Assembly (NCBI GenBank): GCA_977030845.1
Contig: OZ365118.1
Location: 17,112,001 to 17,176,000 of the forward strand
From: Fimbriosthenelais zetlandica
Taxonomy: Eukaryota
Reading direction: 5' to 3'
DNA length: 64,000 bases
A model generated the notes under the pieces. It was not told the origin of the DNA and searched no databases. It saw only the letters and a program-made list of their open reading frames with translations. Both the position numbers and the translations under genes were made by a program. This document shows positions 52,606 through 64,000 of the stretch, one piece after another; within the stretch, counting starts at the first letter, position 1, and each line of letters starts with the position of its first letter.

Positions 52606-54679
52606 TCTGAAATTACACCTTTATAATTCATTGCGAGTGGATAATGGGTATAATTTTAACCCATCACTCGTGGCATCACTTGTGCAATGATGATCGCTCA
52701 TATTTTAAAATCACCTCACATAGGCCTATACCACCAGCAAGAGGAAAGGCACAGGGGACAGATGAGTTCCAAAGAACATGTCAGAATACAAGCCACCATC
52801 TCTAAACACTTGATTGGGACAAATTACTCCTGAATTGCTGGTTGGGAGCAGAGGTTTGAAGGGTGAAAGTAGAAGGTTGACCTGTTGCATAAAAATATGA
52901 GGGGGAGTTGTTCTCACGTTCTGTTGAAAAAGGACCTTGTAGAAGTGGCCAATTTTGGTTTAAAATACAAGCTTTTGGAGTGGGAAAGACAGGGGTGGTG
53001 GCCTATAATAAGGATATGTTGATTGCTGGAAACCAGCTTTGAACGTTTACAAATTAGATGTTTTGAAAGGCCAAACTCAAATTTTTTATGTCTGATGTGT
53101 TGTGTTCAAGAATCTCTTTATTAATTTCTGATCAAGAGTGAATGAAATTCACTTGAATGGGAAGCCCAGTATACACTTCCAACTCATAATTTCCATTTGT
53201 AAAAATGTGAAAGAAATACTTTCTTATTAAGAGCATATATCACAATCAGTGAGGAATATCGTCTGAATTGCCCAATAACGCACCTCACCCAGACCAACAA
53301 GTCTATAATTTAAGTCTGTCAAGACCTCTATACATATACATATATACTGGTAGATGGCCCCCACTTTTTGTTAGCACATTACAGTATCCATTGTTGGTCG
53401 ACTGCCTCATTCTTCGACCATTTCCCTCCAGAAACAATTTTCCAAGTTGGTAATGAAATTACTACTTAATATGATGTTTTACTAAGCCTGATGACAACGT
53501 ATGATACCGAGGCACCTCTGCACCTGCCATCTATTGCAGTCCTTGAAGAAAAGGTCGATTGACAGGACATATATAATACCTATAATTCAAAACTTTCTGG
53601 GAATAGCTCAGTTGAAGATTGAATGTCCCAAATATCAGTTCAGTTTGGAAACAACACTTTTCGTCACTATTTTCAACACTCAGAAGCATAGTGCATTCCC
53701 CCTTATGCTATTGTAGGGTGTCTATAAGCCCCCAATGCCCTCAGCAATCCGGGTTCTGCGAGGTTAGGTTAGTAGGTTTGCTTGGGTTTAGCTTATATTT
53801 CAATCCTAAACTGTATAGTGAAATATTATCCCTTTGAATGTTTTCTATATACAAGTATTCTTTATGTTAATCCTGACCTCCTTTAGCGGAGGAAAATGAA
53901 GGAATATTGTAAATAAAGGGATTGAAAGGAGCAAAGACTTTCACTGACTATATTGGTTCCTGCTTGGTCAATGTGTTATACAGATTAAGATCCTTTATTC
54001 TGACCGAGGGCTTCCTTGGACTGAAATGGTTTCTTTGAAATATTTGCTTGGGAAATGACCAATTTATCTTCTTTACTTAGTTCCTTCATACAGTCTTGAA
54101 GAAGATAGGGGGTGTGTACAATTGAGGTACTTGTATGCTCAATTTAGATCAGGTTTTGAGGAACATGCAAAATGGGGATTTTAACTCATTTTACTTTTAG
54201 AAGAAACACATTTTACCTTACAAGAATGCATCGTTCCCAGGCCATACCATCTAGAAACATAATCTTGACGGGCAATTAACAAATTCTTGAATTTAGGAAG
54301 TATTCATTTTAAGACATGGTTAACCAGACGGAAATGAAGTAAAAGTTTGGTGTAGTATATCCTTTCCTCCACCAAGAACATTGCCAGCGGTGGATATGTA
54401 CACTTTGTCGGGTTAACCTGTCTTTCTTAAAAGGTGTAATTTAGTCATGTGTAACTGATCGGATCGCTTGATTTTTGTCTTAATTCAGGCAGATCGCTTG
54501 ACAGATGAAATGCACAAATTGTAATCGTGGAAATGACTGTCTGGCACCTCCGAGTAGAAAGAGAGACAGTGGGCAATTTCATGAAATTGAGGCCAATTTT
54601 CAAAGAAAGTATGAAATGGAAAGGCCCTCTAGGTCCTGCTCCTCCTCCCAACATCTTAATGCCCTTTCTTAATGGGACG

Positions 54680-54693
54680 GTTGCCATGGCGAC
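54680..54693. promoter_or_regulatory. RFX X-box
   Basis: GTTGCCATGGCGAC, 13/14 to the palindrome GTTGCCATGGCAAC. Confidence 0.5.
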
Positions 54694-56914
54694 AGGTAGT
54701 GGGAAGATAGGTCCAGGTAACACAATGAGACTTCAAAGGAAGGTGAGGAGAGCTTTTTCAAGTCATCACCTCTGATTAGCGAGTCTGGGACGCCCAGGTA
54801 ACTGTAAACCCTACCCCGGGTGAATGGTATTAAAAGCCGGGCGAAAACACCATAGTGAGACCTAAATGCTTCATAAAAATAAACACAGAGATTTATTCAG
54901 GGGTTCTGTGCATATATGAATAATGAATAACAGATACAAAAGTACATTCATTAAAAGGCCTTTCCAGAGTTATGCCCAATAATTTTCATTAGGTACAACA
55001 CCATATCTCCCCTAAGATTAGCATATTTCTAACTGCTTTGAAGGTTGATTATTTCAAATCTTTGATACCGTTGAAAAATGCAATGTAGCAGTTATAGTTT
55101 TCATTATAGACTCAAAGTTAATCGTTCAAACTTCTCAGGAATATTTTGAGTCTCTTTGAGGTGCTTAACTTTGGATTAAGAAAGTGTTGACTAATAATAT
55201 TCCTTTATTGGATTATAGCTTAATCTAATATAGTAATCATAAGTCGCACCTCTAAAGAGCTAATCGCATTGATTCTTCATTTGGGATAATCATTCATCAA
55301 AGCTCGGACAAACATTTTCATTTGTTCTCATAATTTCTTCAATCTAGCTTAGGTTTGAGACATTTTAATTGAGATACAACTTTGCAATTTCACAAAGTTC
55401 ATACATAAACCCCTTCTTTTAATCACAGACATAACGATTGATTAATCTATCAAAGGACAACAAAGCGTTGAGTCCTCACCTTAGCTATATTTTAATTGTT
55501 AGCTTTTTATGCTCATTAAAAATACGTCAGAAATGTCAAAAATCTTCAACGAGTTGTCAAATACCATTGGCACTCAGGAGCGAGGTGGCGCATTGCCACC
55601 CCATCATTGCCATGATTAGCAAAAACAAAGGAAAACTATTAGACTTTAGTGAGGACTCGATGGGGGTCTATTTGAATACAAACATCCATCCTTTGTTGGC
55701 TATAATGATTCTAATAAGTAGCACCTTTTGTTTTATACATGTATATCTGACTTGAGTCTACCATTCAAGACTTGTATCTACGAAATACTCTCACATTCTT
55801 CAATTCCTCAGCTACTGTATCGGATGTGTCTCCATACCCTTCCCCACTCCCACCTACTTCCCACCCTTAATTACAAAGAGAGGAAATAACCCAATTCTGC
55901 TCGAATGCTAATTACCCAAAGTCAATTAGCACTTAGTACATTTAGACCTTAATGTTCTCAACTCAACCGCCTTTCTCACCACCAGCCCCCAGGTCCTTCG
56001 TTCTGTTTGGGTGTTCATACATTTTGAACGTTTAAAGGGAATGTATTTTGAAAAATTGGCGATGAGGGCTTCCTTTGATCAATGACTTATCAAGGTGTGG
56101 AAGAGAGGCAGGGGCAGGTGATGTAGAGATCTAATCTATATCAGTATAATTGTGTGTACGCATGTGAATTAATGCGGACGTAGGATCAGCTATCTAGGAC
56201 AGGCCTTTTAAGTTATTTCGCGCTAAGATACGAGCTGATATGGGAGGCAGATAGGATTTAAAATAAAAAGATACTGGTACATATATGAGATCCAATTAAT
56301 TACTCTGTAACTCTACCGTTAGTTACTGACAGTTACTCTTATCTTAGATGAATTATCTTGTGTACACTGAATGCAATTCTACCCTGTATTCAGTGTATAG
56401 AAATCTAACAATAAACATTCGATAAAATATTTCTGGTAGACCATGTCAATGAAGCAATGGTTTCAAAAAGGTTTACGATGGTTCAAATTCCTTGAATGAG
56501 GATGTAAAGACATGGACCGTTTCATAAGAATAATAGAAAGATATGTGTAAGATGAACTAATGGGAGGTCTATGGGAATATTCTAAGAATGAAGAGTCACT
56601 AAAATCACTGGTTTTGGCTCATTAACTCCCATATCTCCACTCTATAGAACACAGCTTTAAAATCAATGGGCCGTATCAGTCCCGGCCAGGAATAACTTGA
56701 ATATATACAAACCAAATATGCAGAGTTTTGACCATTAGGTATGCAGGTGGATTGAGTGGGCCTGCAGAGCGTTGACAATGCGCCGCTAGGCGGGGTACCA
56801 CGGAGTTACGAGCATCTATTATGAACATCAGAGAAAGTTTGCTGACCGTAGGGGGCTGTTTCATAACAAAAGTGATCCGCGCAATTTGTCATTAACAAAT
56901 TCATTAGGTGTTAC

Positions 56915-57070
56915 TCTTCGTCCTCTCTACTCTCCCTCCGTCTCCCCGTCCTTTCCTATCCAGACTTTCCTGTCCCTGTCTTCATTGTCCATCTCTCCTT
57001 TCGCTTCCTGTCCTCTCCTCTCATACCTGTCCCCTTCTTTGTCTTCCCCTATGATCTCCCACTCTCTCCA
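56915..57070 (+). repeat. CT-rich tract
   Basis: Degenerate (CT)n/(CCT)n. Confidence 0.8.
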
Positions 57071-57661
57071 AAATAAATTAAAAAAAGAGTCAGCGTTCTG
57101 TAAATATTGGTCATTGAACGCATTGTCATCAAAAACCTACCAGCATTTCCACTTTAAATGTACCCACTCCAACAAGAAGCAATTTTAAAATTAAACCCAT
57201 AATTGGTCACTAATCAAAGGACCCGTTATACCGACAGACAAGGGTAGAGAATCTTTCCGTTTACCAGCTTACACTTTGGTCAGTCCAGCCTTAATATCCA
57301 GGCTTAACATCAGTAGGTTAGACATAGTCAGGGCTGTTTATTCTTCTGATTTACCTCCAGATTAACAGGTTTTGTCCTCACCACCCTCTGGCTACTACTA
57401 CTGTTTTCTCATCCCCTATAATTCCCCCCTTTGACAAATTCTTCCCTGTTGGACCGTGCAACATTGAACCCTCAAGATTTGAGGCAGTCCGACTATTTGA
57501 GGAAGTCCATTTGTACTAATTTTACTTTGGCTTAAGACTACCTGAACTTAATGATTAGAGAAAATATCTTGTGGCTACCTATACAATCACACCTGGCTCA
57601 GAATCGTGTTTCACAAATACTTGATAATCTCACTTGATACCTGTGTGTATAGGGGTGTCAG

Positions 57662-57755
57662 GGGCAAGTTTCATGACAAAGACGCAGTATAATGTATATA
57701 CTTGTACCAATAGATTTAACATTGGATGATGCAGCAATAATAATGAAACAATCCC
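57662..57755. mobile_element. Short TIR element (MITE family)
   Basis: cag|GGGCAAGTTTCATG ... AATGAAACAATCCC. Core CCAATAGATTTAACATTGG. Confidence 0.65.
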
Positions 57756-58451
57756 AGCTTAAATGTAGGCCAGTATATATACTAAGGTTAATTGGGGGCT
57801 GCAAATAATTCAGAATTTGTATGAAACAATTTGCAATTCATACAGCTCCCAAAACTTTCCATATTTTTGGGGTTCCCAAATTCATAATCGCTCAGGCGTT
57901 TATTTAGGCAGGTACGCTATTGCTCATATTGCTCAAAGGTGAGAGATGGTTAGAAGGAAGGGGGTGGATTAGCTTTCATTGCCCACCTGTCAAAGGTGTC
58001 AAGGTCCTAATGACCCTACCTTCAGATGACTTCATCACGGGACTGACCCCCTTGTCATCTCCTTCCTCCCACCTCACCCCCCGCAAAGCTCTCTAACGTT
58101 GACCAGGTCCAGGTATTTACCTGATTCATATTTAGCCAATTTCCCAATCGGTTCTCATTTGCTTCCTCCCAAGAAAGATGGACAAGTTTGTCATAAACAT
58201 GATAGTAAATAGCTTTCTTTCTCATCAAGCATTTAAAATTAAAGACTAAAACCTTAGACTAAGTTGCTCTGATTTCTGCATATCACTTGTCTTTATTCAA
58301 TTGCAAGACATTTGTAAAACGGTTTAAGTGTGTTTAAGGCTTAATTTATGCAACACGCTAGTAAATTGAATGCTAAAAAGCTCAGTCCCGCTCAGCGAGG
58401 GTCGCTCCCGAGGGTCGTAACATATGTGTGGAGCACACAGTGGTCACTCAC

Positions 58452-58595
58452 CTACAAATGACCATTCAACTGACCAGACACATTGTCGATTAATTACCAA
58501 TTAAGTTGAGAGAGTCGTTAATATTTTTAATTGATTGCTCTCCTCTGAGCTCCACGCCCCTCTCCCCCACCTCCTGCCTGTCACACACGTGGGTA
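58452..58595 (-). promoter_or_regulatory. Second candidate promoter and 5' non-coding exon
   Basis: Donor TAG|GTGAGT at 58452/58451; GC box CCACGCCCC 58552-58560; CACGTG 58586-58591. Confidence 0.3.
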
Positions 58596-61500
58596 ACTCA
58601 ATGTGAAATTAGAATTATGGGTCTGCCACTGAAAAGCATCTTGTGCATTTTAACCAGGGGGGATTTCATAAAAAGATACGCTCCATGAGTCAAATCAATC
58701 TTGTGGAAACAACTAGCCACCCGGGTTAAATTGAAGAGGTTAGTAAGAAAGTTTATCTATTGACATGTCTGTGTTAAAATAATCGCGCATTTTTATGAAA
58801 TGCCTGCCAGCCGGATCCATGAAGCCAGACTAAAAATGTCACATCATCCATTTACTCCCAGCGTCCTGGCCACGTCCACTAAGCCAATAATTATCATGGA
58901 TTTAATTTGTTTTTCTTCCCCATGTGACATAGCGATCATTGTACAACCATAGGCTCAAGCATTATTGTACATTGTAGCCTGTAGAAAGCTTCCAGCCATT
59001 GTTTCAAACTCTCTACTAATCGTTATTGACTCGGGAGATGGCATGTTAATTTGGTCTAAGCACATAACTAAACAACCCCCGGACTACCGGGTGTTCTTTT
59101 AGAATAAGTGTTGCTGAAAGGAAAGGGGGATGACTATATGGCTATTCTAGGTGTCAGATATAGAGTAGAAACAAATACAGTAGGCCAGCAATGATCCAGG
59201 ACTGAGTCAGGGCTATTGTTGTGAACATAAGCCAGTCTGAAGGTGGAATAACATGGCAGACAGATGAGGAAAGTCACAAAGTCAGTAGCCCGACCCCTGC
59301 TATAATTGACAGGGGCCTGTTTTGCCAGGAAATGCCTAGTAAATCCCCTTCATTGATGGTACTTATAAACTGCACATGGCTCGTCTACCAATAAAGATGC
59401 CCAGCATTTGCCAGTTGTATGTGAGTCTATGTATATCTTCAATCATTGAACAATTTTAAAAATGATAGAAATTTTGAATTTGATGGAACTTTAATGCAAA
59501 GATTGACGTGAATGTCATGATTTAACTTTATGATTTCCCTCCTAAATAACTTTGATAATAAACCAATTAGTTGGTTATCAACGTCGTCATTATGGGTTGG
59601 GGAGGTTTATGGGGGAGACATGGATGTCAGGGTGATTTTTTCATCATTTATATTACCGTACTATGACAGGTCGCGCAGGTTTATTTCTGGTAATTTCCTG
59701 GACGCGTTTTATAAATGAAGTAATAATCGTCACTAATCACTCGTGACTTCATCCAGACGTGATCCACGAGGCACATAATCTATTAACACGTAAATATGTC
59801 ACACATTGCCATGTGTCTGACACTCTTAGTTAGTGGTTAACTTGTATAATTTGTGAAGTATCTAGAAATGAATTCAATAACTTTTAAATAGCTTTTCAAA
59901 GTGATGTTCGATTGAGCTCATTATGCAATACCCATGCAGGAAGCCTGTTTCCAAAAGATGCGCTACAATAGTCCAATATACTTAACATTGTCTAACATAG
60001 CGGATCTCTGTTATGAAATAGGCCCAGGTAAGTGATATAGCTAGGTAATGGTTGTGAAACTTTTGTATTATATATTGAGGTACTTAAGTTAATAATGGGC
60101 ATTTGGAATTATTTACCATTTCAAATGTCCATTATTTGGATTCGATTTATTTTGATTAATATGGGTTATTTGCTTCTTGAAACCATAAATATAACATCGA
60201 CCTTGGGATCCAAATGTATCGTGTAGTCACAAGATTGATATTTTTCCAACTTAATTTGATAGACTCAAAAGTATTTGTAACCCATTTGAATTGAACCCTT
60301 TTTCAAATTGGACAGGTGTACCAATTGGGGACTATTTCAGTAAAAAGAATTATTTTAAATTTACGTCGTCTTTACTATAATCCCTTTCATGTTGACAAGA
60401 GGGTATATTTCCGTTGTAACATCTATCTCAACTCATCAATAGATGAAATATGTTTTGAAGACACAAATGATGCTCATAATTATAGACGGTTGTAACTGTT
60501 CCTTTCCACATTATGCCTATCAATTGCAACCCTGAATTGATACCCATCTTTTCCCGTTCCTCTTTTGTTGGTTATTAAGGAGTAATAACTGTCCTCAGCT
60601 ATTAGTAAGAATAGGAAATTACCCTGATAGAACCCCACTATATAAACAAGCGGGTTTAAAGCTTGGGGTGGTGAACAGGGTTGGTGAAGGGTGCGTGCGA
60701 GTAGGAGTATATCAGAGGGGTCGATCTCTGAGGGATAGGGTGAGTGATAGGAGGGTGGGATAGAATGGGAGACAGGCAGTAAGGGTAACAAAGCTTGATT
60801 AGTATTGCTATTGTACCCGTTTTCCCCACTATTCACCTTTGCCACCTGTTTCTCTCTTTCTCCTCCTCATTCTCCCCCTCTCCGCACCCTATAATGTCCT
60901 GAATATTGGAGTCAATGCTTTATGGCCTGCGCCATGCAATGCCTACCGTATTGACTAAATTAAACACCTTGTCCTTATCAATTTGAATATGCTATAATTC
61001 CAGTGTTCATTTGAGAAAGACCCAAGTCCATAATATAATTTATAAACAAAATATTCATGGATTTTTGTTCTAAAATGAACAGGTATTTATTTGAGATTTG
61101 GGGGTTTGTAAGGACCAATACGGTAGGCTAAGTTAATGGTTGCATAGGATCCTAGCGTCAAGGTCAATGAGTTCAGAGGGCAATCCAATATAACAAGCCC
61201 AGATCATGAATATGCATAGAACAACATGGCTTCCTTTGATTGGGAGGACTTTTATTGGTGCTCCATATATTCATTTATTCATGGGGTACATATTATGCAC
61301 ATTAACTCTAATGTTTTATATTTTCCAATGCTTTCATCCCTTTCTTGGTGTATTCTCTTGTCTGTGTGGATTTTGGCTGCTGCCCATCATTCTGGCCTCA
61401 CCAGAGCCAGTCTATCCCGTCGATGGCCTTGTGCCATTAATGTGGTTGCGTTACCCTTTAATTTTGAGGAGTTGTACATTTCAGTCAATGGTAATAATTA

Positions 61501-62403
61501 TAAAAAACATGGCTGTGAGTGCAGACCAAGGACATGTCTCTTATTTGTGGTTATTCCCACTCATTCTTAAGACATTCTCGAGAGAATCTTATGATTTTTG
61601 AGCATGTCTTGTAGGGATTTTATGGCTGTCAATTTGGTCTTCAGAAGTCTTGCTATAGCCTGAGGAAAAGTCAATAGAACTCAATTAGTTTATCATCTGA
61701 ATACATTAGTCTCGGAGGCAACTTTTGTCTCGCCGTTCCTCAAAGGAACGAGAAGATTTGTATTGAGCAATTTCCATCCAATGAAAGTAGAAACCGCGAC
61801 AAATTGTTCACTTGTCGGTGCGACCAAAGCCGTCATGCGGACTACACAGCTGACGCGAACTTTACAATGCACTGATGGCCTCCAGAAGCCAGGAGCGTGG
61901 GTCAGTCCTAAAAGGGCCTTATATGATGTGTCTTCAGGTCCTTTTTCTTTCATACCTGGGCAGGTGGGGGCCAGCACTGGTGACCACTGGTCAAATGAAG
62001 AGATGACCCTTGGTGACCATTGAAAGATGCTCTGTTTGCACATCCTCACAGCCCCCGGGTCGAGTGGAGAATGGCTATTTCTCTTTCGGATGGCTTGACC
62101 CAAGGCTAAAGGCTATCTCCTATTTCTTCGCGTCTTTTACCTTGTGTGCATAGCAAATGATTAGGCCTGGAGGTGTGGACAGTTTTGGTGAAGAGTTATG
62201 ATTTGGACGCAGCATGAGGTCTGTGTGATAATAGAGGCGGTTTGTATGGACCTATTCATATTATCAATGTTAGCCCTGAGAATCTGTGTTCACATTCATG
62301 TGCTGGATGTTGGCTGGAAATGGCTGCAATCGGTTTTCTGTCTCACATGTTTTGAAGAATGTTAGTGTCTCCTTCCTTCCGTCAAAACTGCCCGTCCATT
62401 CTT

Positions 62404-62540
62404 AATTCCTTCTCATTCTCTCTCTCTTTCTCTCGCTGTCTTTCTTGCTCTCTCACCCTCTCTTTCTCTCTCTTTCTGACTGCCTTTCTCTTCCCTTCCA
62501 TACCTTTCTCTGCCTTTCCCTACATCTCCCTCTATCTCTC
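62404..62540 (+). repeat. CT-rich tract
   Basis: Degenerate (CT)n/(CTTT)n. Confidence 0.85.
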
Positions 62541-64000
62541 AAAATAACCAAGAGCGTTTGACTTGCCCCTTTTAGTCCTTTACCTGCAAGGTTTCCACCT
62601 TCCACAGTGGAAACATCTTCTGATTTTCCATGTCTATTTGTCCATATCTGGAGCCTTACATTCTCTACAATAAGACCACCATGGTTGTGTGTACCCATTA
62701 CCCCCCACTCCCCCTGACTTTACACCGTATTACGTCAGTAAGACAGAACCAATATTAACTCAGGCTGGTATATGTTCCCAGCCCCGACACCAAAGATCAT
62801 TTCATACTTAAAAACGCACCGCCTTCTTGGTGGGTGTCAAGGAAACCTGGAGATCAGGAGGCACGCGCGTCTCCCAGCCACCTGCTGGTAAAACCCCCAG
62901 TCAAGCGTCCTTATCAGCAGTGATAAGACACTCACATGGAACGCTGAGTTCATTTTTAGTTGAAATTCAGCAAAATTGAGACGCTAATCCCACGATTAAA
63001 CCGTCTCTGGTGTCCAAGATGTTAAATGTACACCAGGAGATGGCATGATGGGCTGGCCGTCTGCTTGCAAGATTGCTGAGCAAATAGAAAAGGAAACCTT
63101 GAAGGGTCATAGTGGCAAGAGCTGCAACTCATGTTGCAGGCCTGCTCGCTACGGTGTCCAGTGACGGCAGATATTTAAAGATGAATTTTAATTTGACTTG
63201 TGTTGACTTTTGGAGGGCTTTTCAAGTGGGTATTGCTTTGTATAAGTTGACACTAGGATGCATTATGCATGGAGATGGGGAAAAGTTGAGAATGGTATTG
63301 GTTCAATGTATGTTTTTGACCATATGGAGTTGCGATGGTAAAGGGTGTACATTTGGGATGAACAGCGAGGGATGTTTGAGAGGGAAAAAAGATGTGAAAG
63401 GAGGATATTGGGAGATGGAGCATGTTCGTGTCTTGAGAAGCCCTCGTCAAGACTCCAGTATTTGCCTTAACACATCTTCTCTGACATCTGAGAGGGCAAG
63501 CTCACTCCTCAAAAAGAACAGTTTATTTCTAAACAAGTCATCTTTGGGCTGTTTGCTTTATGAATTCCAGGGGGCTGGATGGAGGGATCGCTGTGCTGGT
63601 TGGGCTGGAGGTCAGGCAGGCCAGGGAAGAATATATATGTTTGAAACGAGACCCAGAAGTCTCCAACCTGGTCAAATTCTGGCTGAGACGGGAGGAAGGG
63701 AAGACTAGACGGACTGTAATACTAGACTATTGATGCATTATTCTGTAGGCAGGAATACACGCCGATAACCTCAAACAAACCTCACACCTTGCCCATGTAC
63801 CTGAGACAAATATTGAATTATTTATTTTCGCGAGACACAATTTTTCGCGGATTTTAAAAGTTGGCAAAATTAGAACGCTGCACTGTTTGAATCTTTGAAT
63901 GCAACATCTTACTAAAATGCGTGGTTGGTGAAATGTATGTCTCTAAAATAACACTAGTTGGATTTAAACGCGAAAATTAAGATGCACGAAAATGTGAAGA

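Noticed and set aside
63112-63708. 198-aa plus-strand ORF
   Set aside because: GTG start, no recognisable domain or splice structure; consistent with chance.
42170-64000. Decayed extra cadherin variable exons upstream
   Set aside because: I saw no cadherin motifs (DxNDN, DRE) in any long frame by eye; a tBLASTn is needed to exclude degraded copies.

Overview
Eukaryotic, AT-rich animal genomic DNA, probably a lophotrochozoan invertebrate (inferred from the protocadherin type). I can support one protein-coding gene: a minus-strand protocadherin. One ~3.1-kb exon (39094-42169; likely ATG at 41817) encodes the signal peptide, seven cadherin repeats, the TM helix and the juxtamembrane tail. After a 13.85-kb intron, three small exons (24956-25240, 24001-24145, 21798-22285) join it in frame through canonical GT-AG junctions of matching phase, giving a predicted 1213-aa protein. 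The ORF track misses the first two of these exons and mis-starts the third. A non-coding first exon and CCAAT/E-box promoter lie at about 48.3-48.7 kb, with a weaker second candidate at about 58.5 kb. The 3' UTR runs to a polyA signal at about 20990. The rest is non-coding, with candidate regulatory blocks, CT-rich tracts and about ten copies of a 60-180 bp TIR element (Harbinger/PIF-like MITE), most carrying CCAAT motifs. All other ORFs in the track look spurious. Motif calls were made by eye and no database search was run.
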